Translations under genes and position numbers: made by a program | The notes under the pieces: generated by a model | Seen by the model: the letters and a program-made list of their open reading frames with translations, nothing else | Told to the model about the DNA's origin: nothing | Databases searched by the model: none | In this document: positions 10,989 through 20,872 of the stretch, one piece after another | Numbering within the stretch: position 1 is the stretch's first letter | Layout: each line of letters starts with the position of its first letter | Source: Ascidiaceihabitans sp. | Lineage (GTDB): Bacteria > Pseudomonadota > Alphaproteobacteria > Rhodobacterales > Rhodobacteraceae | DNA length: 64,000 bases | Assembly (NCBI GenBank): GCA_047624005.1 | Contig: JBLHPE010000007.1 | Coordinates: 5,663-69,662, forward strand | Direction of reading: 5' to 3'

Positions 10989-12124
10989 GCTATCTTGAAT
11001 ACACCGTCAAATCGACGCCCACAGGGATGCGCAAAATCCTGTTCCTAAATTGGCCCTTAATCCTGCTGCTTAGTTCCGTCGCAGGTGTTGGTTTTTTGAT
11101 GCTTTATTCGGTTGCGGGAGGCAGCTTCGCCCCGTGGGCAGAGCCGCAAATGAAACGCTTCGCTGTTGGACTAGTTTTGATGGTGTTTGTCGGAATGGTC
11201 CCGATCTGGTTTTGGCGCAGTATCGCTGGCTTCAGTTACGGTGTGACTGTCATCCTACTTATCGGGGTTGATCTTTTTGGTGCCGAGGGCAAAGGTGCTC
11301 AGCGTTGGATCGATCTTGGCTTCATCCGACTACAACCATCAGAGTTAATGAAAATCACCCTCGTGATGTTCCTTGCCGCTTACTACGATTGGCTGCCTTC
11401 AAAGAAAAAATCCCGACCCATTTGGGTGCTTATCCCTATCGTAATGATCCTATTCCCAACCGCTTTGGTTCTTAAGCAACCCGACCTTGGGACGTCCCTA
11501 TTGCTCGTCATGGCAGGTGGTGGTTTAATGTTTCTTGCAGGCGTGCATTGGGCCTATTTCGCGGCCGTTATGGCATCAGGTATTGGGATGATCGTCGCTG
11601 TCTTCCAAAGCCGTGGCGCGACCTGGCAATTGCTGAACAACTACCAATACCGCCGGATCGACACCTTCCTTGATCCCAGCGCCGACCCATTGGGTGCGGG
11701 CTACCATATCACCCAATCCAAGATCGCCCTTGGATCAGGGGGCTGGACCGGACGTGGGTTCATGCAGGGCCCACAAAGCAGGTTGAACTTCCTACCCGAG
11801 AAACACACCGACTTTATCTTTACAACATTGGCCGAGGAATTTGGCTTTGTTGGCGGGATCTCGTTGCTCGCAATTTACTTACTCATAATCTTCTTTTGCG
11901 TGGCCTCTGCTTTGGCCAATCGTGATAGGTTTTCGTCCCTGTTGATCCTTGGGATCGCGTTGAATTTTTTCCTCTTTTTCTCTGTGAATATGGCAATGGT
12001 AATGGGGCTTATCCCCGTCGTTGGCGTACCACTTCCACTGGTCAGCTACGGCGGGTCCGCTATGCTCGTCCTTATGATCGCTTTTGGACTGGTGCAAAGC
12101 GCCCATGTCCACAGACCAAGGTAG
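10985..12124 (+). CDS. rodA: SEDS peptidoglycan polymerase RodA
   Basis: GAQRWI, LQPSE, QPDLGT, LPEKHTDF, PLVSYGGS. Confidence 0.97.
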   Translation: MSYLEYTVKSTPTGMRKILFLNWPLILLLSSVAGVGFLMLYSVAGGSFAPWAEPQMKRFAVGLVLMVFVGMVPIWFWRSIAGFSYGVTVILLIGVDLFGAEGKGAQRWIDLGFIRLQPSELMKITLVMFLAAYYDWLPSKKKSRPIWVLIPIVMILFPTALVLKQPDLGTSLLLVMAGGGLMFLAGVHWAYFAAVMASGIGMIVAVFQSRGATWQLLNNYQYRRIDTFLDPSADPLGAGYHITQSKIALGSGGWTGRGFMQGPQSRLNFLPEKHTDFIFTTLAEEFGFVGGISLLAIYLLIIFFCVASALANRDRFSSLLILGIALNFFLFFSVNMAMVMGLIPVVGVPLPLVSYGGSAMLVLMIAFGLVQSAHVHRPR

Positions 12125-12133
12125 TTTCCAACC

Positions 12134-13066
12134 ATGACACTTAACGTCTTATTCGCAGGCAAAGAAGAGCGCTGGCCGCACTATGAAGGCCCCTTGAATG
12201 AAGCGATCAGCGCCCTTGGGATTGATGCGCATTTGGCGACAGACATCGCACCAGAGTTGGTTGATTACATCGTCTACGCCCCGAATTCTGATCTTAAGGA
12301 TTTCACGCCGTACACACGGGCCAAGGCGGTGCTAAACTTGTGGGCTGGAGTAGAAGCGATAGTGGGGAACAAAACCCTAAACATACCGCTCACACGTATG
12401 GTCGATACCGGTTTAACCCAAGGGATGGTCGAATGGGTTTGCGGACACACAATGCGCCACCATCTTGGCATAGATCAACACATCATCAACCCATCCAATC
12501 AATGGGCTCCCAGCCCACCACCACTTGCATGGGACCGCTCCGTAGTCGTGTTCGGCATGGGGGAACTTGGCAGCGCTTGCGCAACCGTGCTTGCGAAATT
12601 CGGGTTCAACGTAACGGGATGGAGTCGTTCAGAGAAATCTATTGGTCGGGTTACATCCTTGCATGGTCCTGACGGGCTAAAGGCTGCATTGGCAAAAGCA
12701 GAAATCGCAATCCTGTTGCTGCCTGACACCCCGGCGACGAACAACACATTTGATGCAGATGCACTTGCGTTGATGCCTAAAGGTGCGGTCATAATCAATC
12801 CTGGTCGCGGACCATTGATCGACGATGACGCTTTGTTGGCCTCACTTGACGCGGGCCATATCGGACACGCTACTCTCGACACGTTCCGCGTTGAACCACT
12901 CCCAGAAAACCACCCATATTGGGCCCATCCAAAGGTCACGGTCACGCCACACGTCGCAGCGGAAACAAGACCCAAGTATTCCAGCCTGACAATTGCTGAA
13001 AACATCCGGCGCGGCGAAGCAGGGGAACCGTTCCTACACCTCGTTGATCGAAGCGTAGGATACTAA
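12134..13066 (+). CDS. ghrA: Glyoxylate/hydroxypyruvate reductase A (2-hydroxyacid dehydrogenase)
   Basis: GMGELG, INPGRG, DTFRVEPLP, TPHVAA. Confidence 0.85.
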   Translation: MTLNVLFAGKEERWPHYEGPLNEAISALGIDAHLATDIAPELVDYIVYAPNSDLKDFTPYTRAKAVLNLWAGVEAIVGNKTLNIPLTRMVDTGLTQGMVEWVCGHTMRHHLGIDQHIINPSNQWAPSPPPLAWDRSVVVFGMGELGSACATVLAKFGFNVTGWSRSEKSIGRVTSLHGPDGLKAALAKAEIAILLLPDTPATNNTFDADALALMPKGAVIINPGRGPLIDDDALLASLDAGHIGHATLDTFRVEPLPENHPYWAHPKVTVTPHVAAETRPKYSSLTIAENIRRGEAGEPFLHLVDRSVGY

Positions 13067-13078
13067 CTTTTTGAAATT

Positions 13079-13105
13079 GCGGTCAGGGGCAGCACCCCCG
13101 ACCGC
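13079..13105. terminator. GC-rich hairpin between convergent ghrA and dcp
   Basis: GCGGTCAGGGG-cagca-CCCCCGACCGC (imperfect stem). Confidence 0.55.
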
Positions 13106-13111
13106 CCCTTA

Positions 13112-15124
13112 TCAAGCGGCCAAACCGCGGCCCTTCAACAGCGCCTCAACACCCGGTAAACGACCACGAAACGCGATATACAATTCGCCCGCATCGCGAC
13201 TGCCACCAGTAGACAAGATGTTGGCTTCTAAGGCCGCTGCACGTTCAGGGTCAAAGGCACCGCCCGCTTCTTCAAAGGCTTCAAACGCATCGGCATCCAT
13301 AACTTCGGACCACATGTAGCTGTAGTACCCTGACGAGTAACCGTCGCCTGAGAACACGTGGGCAAAATGCGGTGTCGCATGGCGCATCGTGATCGCACGT
13401 GGCATCCCCAAACCATCCAGTATCTCGGATTGACGGGCCATCGGATCGCTCGGCGCGTCGCCGTCGTGGAATTCCAAATCGACCAAAGCCGACGCAACAT
13501 ATTCAACGGTAGAAAAGCCCATGTCATAGGTCGCTGCACCTAGAACTTTCTTCAACAGCGCTTCAGGCATCGCCTTGCCAGTTTCAGCATGGGTTGCAAA
13601 CTTGGCAAGCACTTCAGGCACTTCCAACCAGTGCTCGTACAACTGGCTTGGCAGCTCCACAAAATCGCGGGCAACAGACGTTCCCGACACACTCTCATAG
13701 GTCACGTTCGACAACATCTGGTGCAAGGCATGCCCAAATTCATGGAACAATGTGCGGGCATCGTCATAAGACAATAACGCAGGCGCGCCTTTGGCAAAAT
13801 TACACACGTTAATCACCACAGGAGCTTGTACCTCAGGGAACTTCGCTTGTGACCGCATCGCCGAACACCACGCACCAGAGCGCTTGGACCCGCGCGCGAA
13901 ATAATCACCGATAAATACAGCGACATGTGCGCCATCACGGGTCACTTCCCACGCGCGGCAATCCTCATGATAGAGCGGTACATCCAGCGGTTTGAACTGC
14001 AATCCAAACAACCGCGTTGCACAATCAAACGACGCATCAATCATGCGGTCCAATTGGAAATATGGCTTCAATTCAGCTTCATCCAGATCGTGTAATTCTT
14101 TGCGACGGCGTTCAGAATAGAACCGCCAATCCCAAGGCTCCAAATCACCGTTCACGCCATCGGCGTGCATCATCGCCGCCAACTTCTCTGCATCTGAATT
14201 TGCCTGTGCCTTGGCTGGCTCCCAAACCGCCATCAGCAAATCACGTACAGCTTCCGGCTTCTTCGCCATCTCCGTTTCTAATTTATATTCAGCAAAGTTC
14301 GCATAGCCCAACAACTGCGCCCGTTCGGACCGCAAAGCCAAAGTCTCGGCTGCGATTTCACGATTGTCCGTTCCGCCACCGTTGGCCCCACGCGCACCCC
14401 ACGCCTTATACGCAATTTCGCGCAAATCGCGACGGGTCGAGAACTGCAAAAACGGTACGATGATCGAACGCGACAATGTCACAACCGGACCACCAGCTTC
14501 TTTTTCTTCGCCAGCAGCACGGGCCGCCGCGATCACAAACTCTGGCAGACCATCCAAATCACCCTCGCCTAAAGGCATGAACCACTCACGCTCATCAGCC
14601 AAAAGGTTCTGCGTAAACTCGGTTCCGAGGACCGCCAAGCGCCCTTTAATCTCTTTCATTCGATCCTCGCCGACGCCCTCTAACGCCGATCCAGAGCGCA
14701 CAAACCCGCGATGCGTCAACATCAAAACACGGGCTTGTTCATCGGTCAGTTCCAAGCTGTCACGCGCATCCCAAACGGCAGCGACACGGGCAAACAACGC
14801 TTTATTGCTAGACACTTCGGAAAAATGCGCCGCCAACAGTGGGGCAAAATCACGCTGTAATGCTTCACGTGCAGGATTACTGTCCGCACCCGCAACTGTG
14901 TAAAATGCAGACAGAACTTTATCCAAGTCACGGCCCACAGCCTCTAACGCTTCGATCGTATTGGCGAATGATGCTGGATCAGCGGTGGCTGTAATGGCAC
15001 CAATTTCTGCCTTATGGCTGGCCAAAGCAACGCCAAGTGCTGGCGCGAAATCATCGTCAGAAATTTTATCAAACGGGGTCAGGCCAAACGGGGTTTCCCA
15101 AGCGGTCAGTAATGGATTGGTCAT
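13112..15124 (-). CDS. dcp: M3 family metallopeptidase (peptidyl-dipeptidase Dcp)
   Basis: FHEFGHALH zinc motif, DFVELPSQ, GYYSYMWSEV. Start set at MTNPLL. Confidence 0.93.
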   Translation of the reverse strand: MTNPLLTAWETPFGLTPFDKISDDDFAPALGVALASHKAEIGAITATADPASFANTIEALEAVGRDLDKVLSAFYTVAGADSNPAREALQRDFAPLLAAHFSEVSSNKALFARVAAVWDARDSLELTDEQARVLMLTHRGFVRSGSALEGVGEDRMKEIKGRLAVLGTEFTQNLLADEREWFMPLGEGDLDGLPEFVIAAARAAGEEKEAGGPVVTLSRSIIVPFLQFSTRRDLREIAYKAWGARGANGGGTDNREIAAETLALRSERAQLLGYANFAEYKLETEMAKKPEAVRDLLMAVWEPAKAQANSDAEKLAAMMHADGVNGDLEPWDWRFYSERRRKELHDLDEAELKPYFQLDRMIDASFDCATRLFGLQFKPLDVPLYHEDCRAWEVTRDGAHVAVFIGDYFARGSKRSGAWCSAMRSQAKFPEVQAPVVINVCNFAKGAPALLSYDDARTLFHEFGHALHQMLSNVTYESVSGTSVARDFVELPSQLYEHWLEVPEVLAKFATHAETGKAMPEALLKKVLGAATYDMGFSTVEYVASALVDLEFHDGDAPSDPMARQSEILDGLGMPRAITMRHATPHFAHVFSGDGYSSGYYSYMWSEVMDADAFEAFEEAGGAFDPERAAALEANILSTGGSRDAGELYIAFRGRLPGVEALLKGRGLAA

Positions 15125-15191
15125 AAGTGTCTCCTTTAAAGTCAAACTAAGGTCGGCCAATCCGCACTACAATGGTGCCGCGATCAAATGC

Positions 15192-16235
15192 CTACTGGGT
15201 GCCACAGATCGGGCAATCGGCGCGAGATTCCAGCGTAATTTTGCGGCTTTCGCCGTACAGCGCATCATAAATTATCATCTCGCCGCGCAAGGACGCACCA
15301 GCATCCGTGATGACCTTGATCGCCTCAACAGCCATCATCGACCCAACAACCCCCGGCAAGGGACCAATAACGCCAGCCTCAGCACAACTAGGGGCCAATT
15401 CAGGCGCAGGCGCTTGCGGGAAAATACATTGATAACACGGCGCATCATTTGCAGGATCAAAGACGCTCAGCTGCCCTTCCCATTGCGTCAACGCCCCAGA
15501 AATCAACGGCTTGCCCAGCGCCACACAGATCCGGTTCACCAGATACCGTGTCTCAAAGTTATCGCACCCATCCAACACAAGATCATATTCGGAAATCAGT
15601 TCTTCAGCGATTTCATCCGTCAATCGCCGCTCATATGGGCGCACCGTGACATAAGGGTTCTGCGCAATCATCGCCGCTTGGGCCGAAAAAACCTTGGGCA
15701 ACCCAATATCGCTATCGCGGTGGATCACTTGGCGTTGCAAGTTCGCGTTATCGACCACATCGTCATCAATGATCCCAATCGTGCCCACACCTGCTGCAGC
15801 CAAATATTGCAACACAGGCGATCCAAGACCACCCGCACCCACAACTAAAACGGATGCTTCTTTCAACGCTTTTTGCCCCGGTCCCCCCATTTCACGCATC
15901 ACGATATGGCGGGCGTAGCGGTTCAGTTCGGTGTCCGAAAACAAAGGACTATCGACTTGAGTTTCAGCAACCTTCACCTCAGCTTTTGAACGCAACCTCC
16001 CTAAACCCCAGCGATACCCCCAAATAAGTACGCCCAAACCAAAAAACATCGCCCAAGGTTCGGCCATCTCGCGGACTGCATAGTTCAACTTATTTTCTGG
16101 AATTGGTACAATTAACAAAAAGAAGACAATCGCTGCAGGAAAGGAACCAAATAGAACCCAACGCCCTCGATAAGGCACACTAAAACCAAAACACGCAAAC
16201 CAAATGACTATAGCAGAAATCAGAACAAACAACAT
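15192..16235 (-). CDS. moeB: MoeB/ThiF adenylyltransferase with N-terminal membrane extension
   Basis: RYARHI, GAGGLGS, NLQRQ, CYQC...CPIC. Confidence 0.9.
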   Translation of the reverse strand: MLFVLISAIVIWFACFGFSVPYRGRWVLFGSFPAAIVFFLLIVPIPENKLNYAVREMAEPWAMFFGLGVLIWGYRWGLGRLRSKAEVKVAETQVDSPLFSDTELNRYARHIVMREMGGPGQKALKEASVLVVGAGGLGSPVLQYLAAAGVGTIGIIDDDVVDNANLQRQVIHRDSDIGLPKVFSAQAAMIAQNPYVTVRPYERRLTDEIAEELISEYDLVLDGCDNFETRYLVNRICVALGKPLISGALTQWEGQLSVFDPANDAPCYQCIFPQAPAPELAPSCAEAGVIGPLPGVVGSMMAVEAIKVITDAGASLRGEMIIYDALYGESRKITLESRADCPICGTQ

Positions 16236-16694
16236 TCAGGTGCGCCCCGTAGACCCAAAACCGCCCGTACCACGCGCGGTGTCATCTAGCGTATCACTTT
16301 GAACAAACGTGGCCTGCACAACAGGGGCAACAACCACTTGCGCGATGCGCATACCGTGCGTCACCTCGAACGGATCAGCGCCCGTGTTCAAAACGATTAC
16401 ACCAACAAGCCCCCGATAATCACTATCGATTGTGCCAGGCGAGTTCACCAATGTAATACCGTGTTTCAAGGCTAGGCCCGAACGTGGGCGCACCTGTACT
16501 TCAAACCCACGGGGGATTTCAAAACGCAATCCGGTCGGGATCAATGCACGTCCTCCACTCGGGATATCAATGCCCGCGCGATCTTCAAAATTGGCACGAA
16601 TATCCGCACCCGCCGCCCCGTCCGTTTCGTAAAACGGCAACGCTATTTCGGGATCAAAGTCTGCGTCCCGAACAACCTTAATCGTCACGCTCAC
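16236..16694 (-). CDS. dut: dUTPase
   Basis: [31 protein letters not shown]. Confidence 0.97.
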   Translation of the reverse strand: MSVTIKVVRDADFDPEIALPFYETDGAAGADIRANFEDRAGIDIPSGGRALIPTGLRFEIPRGFEVQVRPRSGLALKHGITLVNSPGTIDSDYRGLVGVIVLNTGADPFEVTHGMRIAQVVVAPVVQATFVQSDTLDDTARGTGGFGSTGRT

Positions 16695-17884
16695 GCAATA
16701 GCCTCGGCAATCCGGTGTGCCAATTTTCGTGAAACATTGTCCTTAGACATACGGGGCCAATCCTCAACACCTGCATCCGAAATCAACGATACGGCGTTTT
16801 CGGTCCCACCCATAATCCCCGTTTCTGGGGATACATCATTGGCCACGATCCAATCGCAGCCCTTGCGCTTCCGCTTGGCCGTGGCATTTGCTTTGACGTC
16901 GTTTGTCTCGGCTGCGAAGCCAATCACAAGCGGCGGACGACCAGTTGTAAGCTGCGCCACATGGGCCAAAATGTCAGGGTTCTCGGCAAATTTTAGGGTC
17001 GGCAAACCGTCTTTGGATTTTTTAAGTTTGCGATCGCTTGCACCCTCAACACGCCAATCCGCAACAGCGGCGGCAAAGATCGCAACGTCAGCGGGCAAGG
17101 CAGTTTGAACCGCTTCTAACATCTGCTGGGCAGTCTGAACGGCAATCACTTCAACACCTTCGGGCGGGGCAACATCGGCAGGGCCTGTCACAAATACAAC
17201 ATCCGCGCCCAACGCCGACAATGCATTGGCAAGGGCTGTACCTTGCGCACCAGAAGAACGGTTTGCGATATATCGAACGGGATCAATCGGTTCGTGCGTC
17301 GGACCAGACGTGATCAAAACACGCTTCCCTTTCAGCGTGCCATTCGCCAATTTTGCCTCAACAGCCGCAACAACCTCTAGGGGTTCAGACATTCGACCGG
17401 GACCAAATTCACCACAGGCCATGTCGCCATCATTCGGGCCGATAAATGTGACACCATCACCCTTCAATGTTGCTATGTTGCGCTGGGTCGCGGGGTGCTG
17501 CCACATGCGCACGTTCATCGCTGGTGCCAGCAAGACTGGTGTGTCGGTGGCTAGTAGCAAAGTTGAAGCAAGATCATTCGCCAACCCCTGTGCCATCTTC
17601 GCCATCAAATCGGCTGTCGCAGGGGCCACCACGATCAAGTCAGCAGAACGGGAAAGTTGGATATGGCCCATCTCGGCCTCATCCGTCAGGTCAAATAAGT
17701 CAGTGTAGACCTTCGAGCCAGACAAGGCTGCCACCGACAAAGGGGTCACAAATTCTGTCCCAGCACGCGTCAAAACAGGGGTCACATCCGCACCGCGCTC
17801 GCGCAATCGACGGATCAGATCAAGGCTTTTGAACGCAGCAATGCCACCACCAATAATCAAGAGAATTCGTTTTCCGCTCAGCAT
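16691..17884 (-). CDS. coaBC: Phosphopantothenoylcysteine decarboxylase/ligase
   Basis: [34 protein letters not shown]. Confidence 0.97.
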   Translation of the reverse strand: MLSGKRILLIIGGGIAAFKSLDLIRRLRERGADVTPVLTRAGTEFVTPLSVAALSGSKVYTDLFDLTDEAEMGHIQLSRSADLIVVAPATADLMAKMAQGLANDLASTLLLATDTPVLLAPAMNVRMWQHPATQRNIATLKGDGVTFIGPNDGDMACGEFGPGRMSEPLEVVAAVEAKLANGTLKGKRVLITSGPTHEPIDPVRYIANRSSGAQGTALANALSALGADVVFVTGPADVAPPEGVEVIAVQTAQQMLEAVQTALPADVAIFAAAVADWRVEGASDRKLKKSKDGLPTLKFAENPDILAHVAQLTTGRPPLVIGFAAETNDVKANATAKRKRKGCDWIVANDVSPETGIMGGTENAVSLISDAGVEDWPRMSKDNVSRKLAHRIAEAIA

Positions 17885-17974
17885 GACGTGCCTCGATATT
17901 TGGACAATTGGTCAATCATACTGCGAGCGGGTGCGTTCTGCCAGCCCGTAAGGTTCACGCGTTGCGCACTTCAA

Positions 17975-18853
17975 CTACATAAGGAAGTTTTGAATTTCTG
18001 GCCCTTGGCTTTCCAATGTTTTACGCATTTTCCCAAAGGCTGCAGCTTCCAACTGGCGAACGCGTTCTTTGCTTAGAGACAATTCCTTTCCCAAGCTTTC
18101 CAATGTCCGCGGCGTATCCCGTAACTTTCGTTCCCGCACAATGAATCGTTCGCGTTCACTCAACTCACCCATCGCGTCAAACAACCACGTCCGCAACTGG
18201 GCCGTATCATGCGAGTGCTCAACAACCTCAGCGGCCTGCGCGCTATCATCTTCAAGTGCGTCAATCCACTCACGACCTTCATCCTCTGACGATTGAGTCG
18301 CGTTCAGCGAGAAATCAGAGCCGGACAACCGACCCTCCATCATCTCCACGTCGTGCAAGGGGACGCCAATCTCTGTCGAGATCATCTGCAACAACTGGTG
18401 CTTGTCCAATTTGACGCCCGCAGATTTGCTTTCGCGCTCTAAACGGGCCTGCACACGGCGCATGTTAAAAAATAATGACTTTTGGGAAGATGTGGACCCG
18501 GTCCGAACCATCGACCAATTGCGCATGACATGGTCTTGGACCGAAGCCTTGATCCACCACATCGCGTAGGTCGAGAACCGTACACCGCGATCAGGGTCAA
18601 ACTTTTCAGCCGCCTTCATCAGGCCCAATCCTGCCTCTTGGATAAGGTCGTTCATAGGGGCGCCATAACGTTTGAATTTTGAAGCCATCGAGATCGCCAA
18701 GCGCATGTACGCGGTGATTAAGCGATGCAATGCGGCCTCGTCACGATGGTCACGCCACGCATAGGCCAATTTCAATTCGGTCTCTGCATCCAGCATCTCT
18801 GCCTTCATCGCGATCCGTGTTATAGAAATGTCTCTCGCTGTCTCCAAGGCCAT
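17975..18853 (-). CDS. rpoH2: RNA polymerase sigma factor RpoH2 (sigma-32 family)
   Basis: DLIQEAGLGLMKAAEKFDPDRGVRFSTYAMWW, RpoH box-like QKSLFFNMRR, SKERVRQLE. Start set at MALETA. Confidence 0.9.
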   Translation of the reverse strand: MALETARDISITRIAMKAEMLDAETELKLAYAWRDHRDEAALHRLITAYMRLAISMASKFKRYGAPMNDLIQEAGLGLMKAAEKFDPDRGVRFSTYAMWWIKASVQDHVMRNWSMVRTGSTSSQKSLFFNMRRVQARLERESKSAGVKLDKHQLLQMISTEIGVPLHDVEMMEGRLSGSDFSLNATQSSEDEGREWIDALEDDSAQAAEVVEHSHDTAQLRTWLFDAMGELSERERFIVRERKLRDTPRTLESLGKELSLSKERVRQLEAAAFGKMRKTLESQGPEIQNFLM

Positions 18854-18900
18854 TGCGGCACTCCATGTTATGATGAGCGCTTGTTTTGGACGCTCATAAT

Positions 18901-18929
18901 AGATACGCAGCAAATTAACGATTGGTTCA
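18901..18929 (-). promoter_or_regulatory. Putative RpoE (ECF11/ChrR-type) promoter of rpoH2
   Basis: Minus strand reads TGAACC-N16-CGTATCT, close to the Rhodobacter RpoE consensus TGATCC-N16/17-CGTA. Confidence 0.6.
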
Positions 18930-18945
18930 CTTTAGGGGCGGAAAA

Positions 18946-19467
18946 ATGTTGCCAAAGTTGTCTTTCATCCTAGGGGGCGCTGCATCAGGGAAATCCGTAT
19001 TTGCAGAAAACCTAATCCTTAACAGTGGGTTAAAACCCGTCTATATCGCTACATCTCGAATTTGGGACGACGAGACAAAAGTCCGCGTCAATGTGCATAA
19101 ATCTCGGCGGGACGAGACGTGGACCACCGTTGAAGCCGCCTTTGATCTTTCGATTGCCTTAAGCACAGCAACGCCTGAACAGGCTGTTCTAATTGACTGC
19201 GCAACGATGTGGCTAACCAATCATTTACTCGACGAAAACGACCTAGAAGTGGCCCAAAACCAACTGCTTTCAAGCCTCAAAACCTGCACCGCTTCCGTTG
19301 TGATTGTGTCCAACGAAGTGGGCCAAGGCATCGTGCCTGACAACGCATTGTCACGGCAATTTCGCGAGGCGCAGGGGCGGCTAAATATCGCGCTTGCCGC
19401 ACAATCGGACCTTGCCGTACAGGTCATTGCTGGGTTGCCAAACGTACTAAAGGGGACATTGCAATGA
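18946..19467 (+). CDS. cobU: Adenosylcobinamide kinase / cobinamide-phosphate guanylyltransferase
   Basis: GGAASGKS P-loop, LIDCATMWLTN, VSNEVGQGIVP. Confidence 0.95.
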   Translation: MLPKLSFILGGAASGKSVFAENLILNSGLKPVYIATSRIWDDETKVRVNVHKSRRDETWTTVEAAFDLSIALSTATPEQAVLIDCATMWLTNHLLDENDLEVAQNQLLSSLKTCTASVVIVSNEVGQGIVPDNALSRQFREAQGRLNIALAAQSDLAVQVIAGLPNVLKGTLQ

Positions 19468-20051
19468 CCGCACCAACCACGTGGCATTGGGTCCGTCACG
19501 GCCCCACACACCAGAAAACATTTGTCGGTTGGCGTGATGTCGCCGCAGATTTGTCCGCCACCGATCAAATCGCTCGGCTGGCAGCGCATCTTCCAGACGA
19601 CGCGGTGGTCATCTCATCCGACCTTACCCGCTGCGTTTCAACCGCAGACGCCATCGCAGGCAACCGCATCCGCTTGCCCCACAATCCACATCTACGCGAA
19701 CTTCACTTTGGGACATGGGACGGGGTCCACTTTTCCGAGGTTTCAGAAAAACATCCCGTATTGTCGCGCGCTTATTGGGAAACGCCCGGCCCCCACACCC
19801 CACCGGGCGGCGAAAGCTGGGACGAGGCCGCGCACCGTGTCCACAGCACAACGCAACACTTGACCCGCAAACACGCAGGCAAACACATCATCGCTGTGGC
19901 GCATTTTGGTGTGATCCTGACCCAAGTTCAGATGGCGCTTGGCGTGCCGGCAGCCAAGGTGCTTGCCCATAAGATCGATAATTTGTCGGTCACCGACATC
20001 ACGTGGGAAAATGGCAAGGGACGCATCGGCACCATCAATCACCTTGTGTGA
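19464..20051 (+). CDS. Histidine phosphatase (CobC-like)
   Basis: RHG motif, SSDLTRC, LRELHFG, AHFG; overlaps the cobU stop. Confidence 0.85.
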   Translation: MTAPTTWHWVRHGPTHQKTFVGWRDVAADLSATDQIARLAAHLPDDAVVISSDLTRCVSTADAIAGNRIRLPHNPHLRELHFGTWDGVHFSEVSEKHPVLSRAYWETPGPHTPPGGESWDEAAHRVHSTTQHLTRKHAGKHIIAVAHFGVILTQVQMALGVPAAKVLAHKIDNLSVTDITWENGKGRIGTINHLV

Positions 20052-20110
20052 TCACCCCATTCACAAATCAAAATTTGCGTTGAGGCATTCTTGCGACGTA
20101 GCCTAATCCC

Positions 20111-20791
20111 ATGACATATAAACTTTACATTGGTGATCGCACCTTCTCTTCATGGTCGCTTCGCGGCTGGCTGATGCTCGAAAAATTCGGGCTGGATTTT
20201 AACACGCATTTAATCGGCCTGTACGGCGGAACGATGGCGGCTGACATGGCCCACTTGGCACCCGCCAAACTGGTCCCAACGCTTCAAACTGCTGATGGAA
20301 CTGTGATCGGTGAAAGCCTCGCCATTGCCGAAACGCTCGCTGAAAACCATCCGGACAAAAATATGTGGCCGACAGATGCCGCGGCACGGGCAACCGCCCG
20401 CTGGATATGCGCTGAAATGGCCAGCAGCTTTGGGCAATTGCGCGGGCAATGCGCGATGCAGTTGCAACATGTAAACAAAGGCTTCGTGGTGGACGAAGGG
20501 CTACAATCCGACCTTGATCGTCTTGAAACACTTTGGGCACACGCCGCCAAATTCAAGTCAAACGGGCCATGGTTGTTTGGGACTTATTCATTGGCCGACT
20601 GCATGTTCGCACCAGCTGCTGCGCGGATTATCGGTTATGACTTGCCCGTTTCAGATGCTGCACGCGCTTATTGCGACACCACGATCAATGATTCCACATT
20701 CAAAAAATGGCGGACCGAAGGCCTCAAAACCACCTACGATCCATTTCCTTATGACATGGGCGTGCCAACAACACCGTGGCCGGTTTCTTAA
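20111..20791 (+). CDS. Glutathione S-transferase
   Basis: SSWSLRGWL, VPTL, ESLAIAE, FGTYSLAD. Confidence 0.9.
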   Translation: MTYKLYIGDRTFSSWSLRGWLMLEKFGLDFNTHLIGLYGGTMAADMAHLAPAKLVPTLQTADGTVIGESLAIAETLAENHPDKNMWPTDAAARATARWICAEMASSFGQLRGQCAMQLQHVNKGFVVDEGLQSDLDRLETLWAHAAKFKSNGPWLFGTYSLADCMFAPAAARIIGYDLPVSDAARAYCDTTINDSTFKKWRTEGLKTTYDPFPYDMGVPTTPWPVS

Positions 20792-20807
20792 CTTTGGCTT
20801 TGGGACG

Positions 20808-20847
20808 TTAATCCTTCCTAAACCCCCCCTCGCTAGCCATTAACCAT
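20808..20847 (+). promoter_or_regulatory. Putative CtrA sites upstream of comM
   Basis: TTAA-N7-TAAAC at 20808-20823 and a TTAACCAT half-site at 20840-20847. Confidence 0.5.
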
Positions 20848-20872
20848 AATGGAATGGGGCGAGGGCGACGGG

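Noticed and set aside
14961-15848. 295-aa plus-strand ORF
   Set aside because: It lies antisense to dcp and moeB and has no family motifs.
18854-18945. Cobalamin riboswitch upstream of cobU
   Set aside because: The intergenic region is only about 90 bp and has no B12-box.
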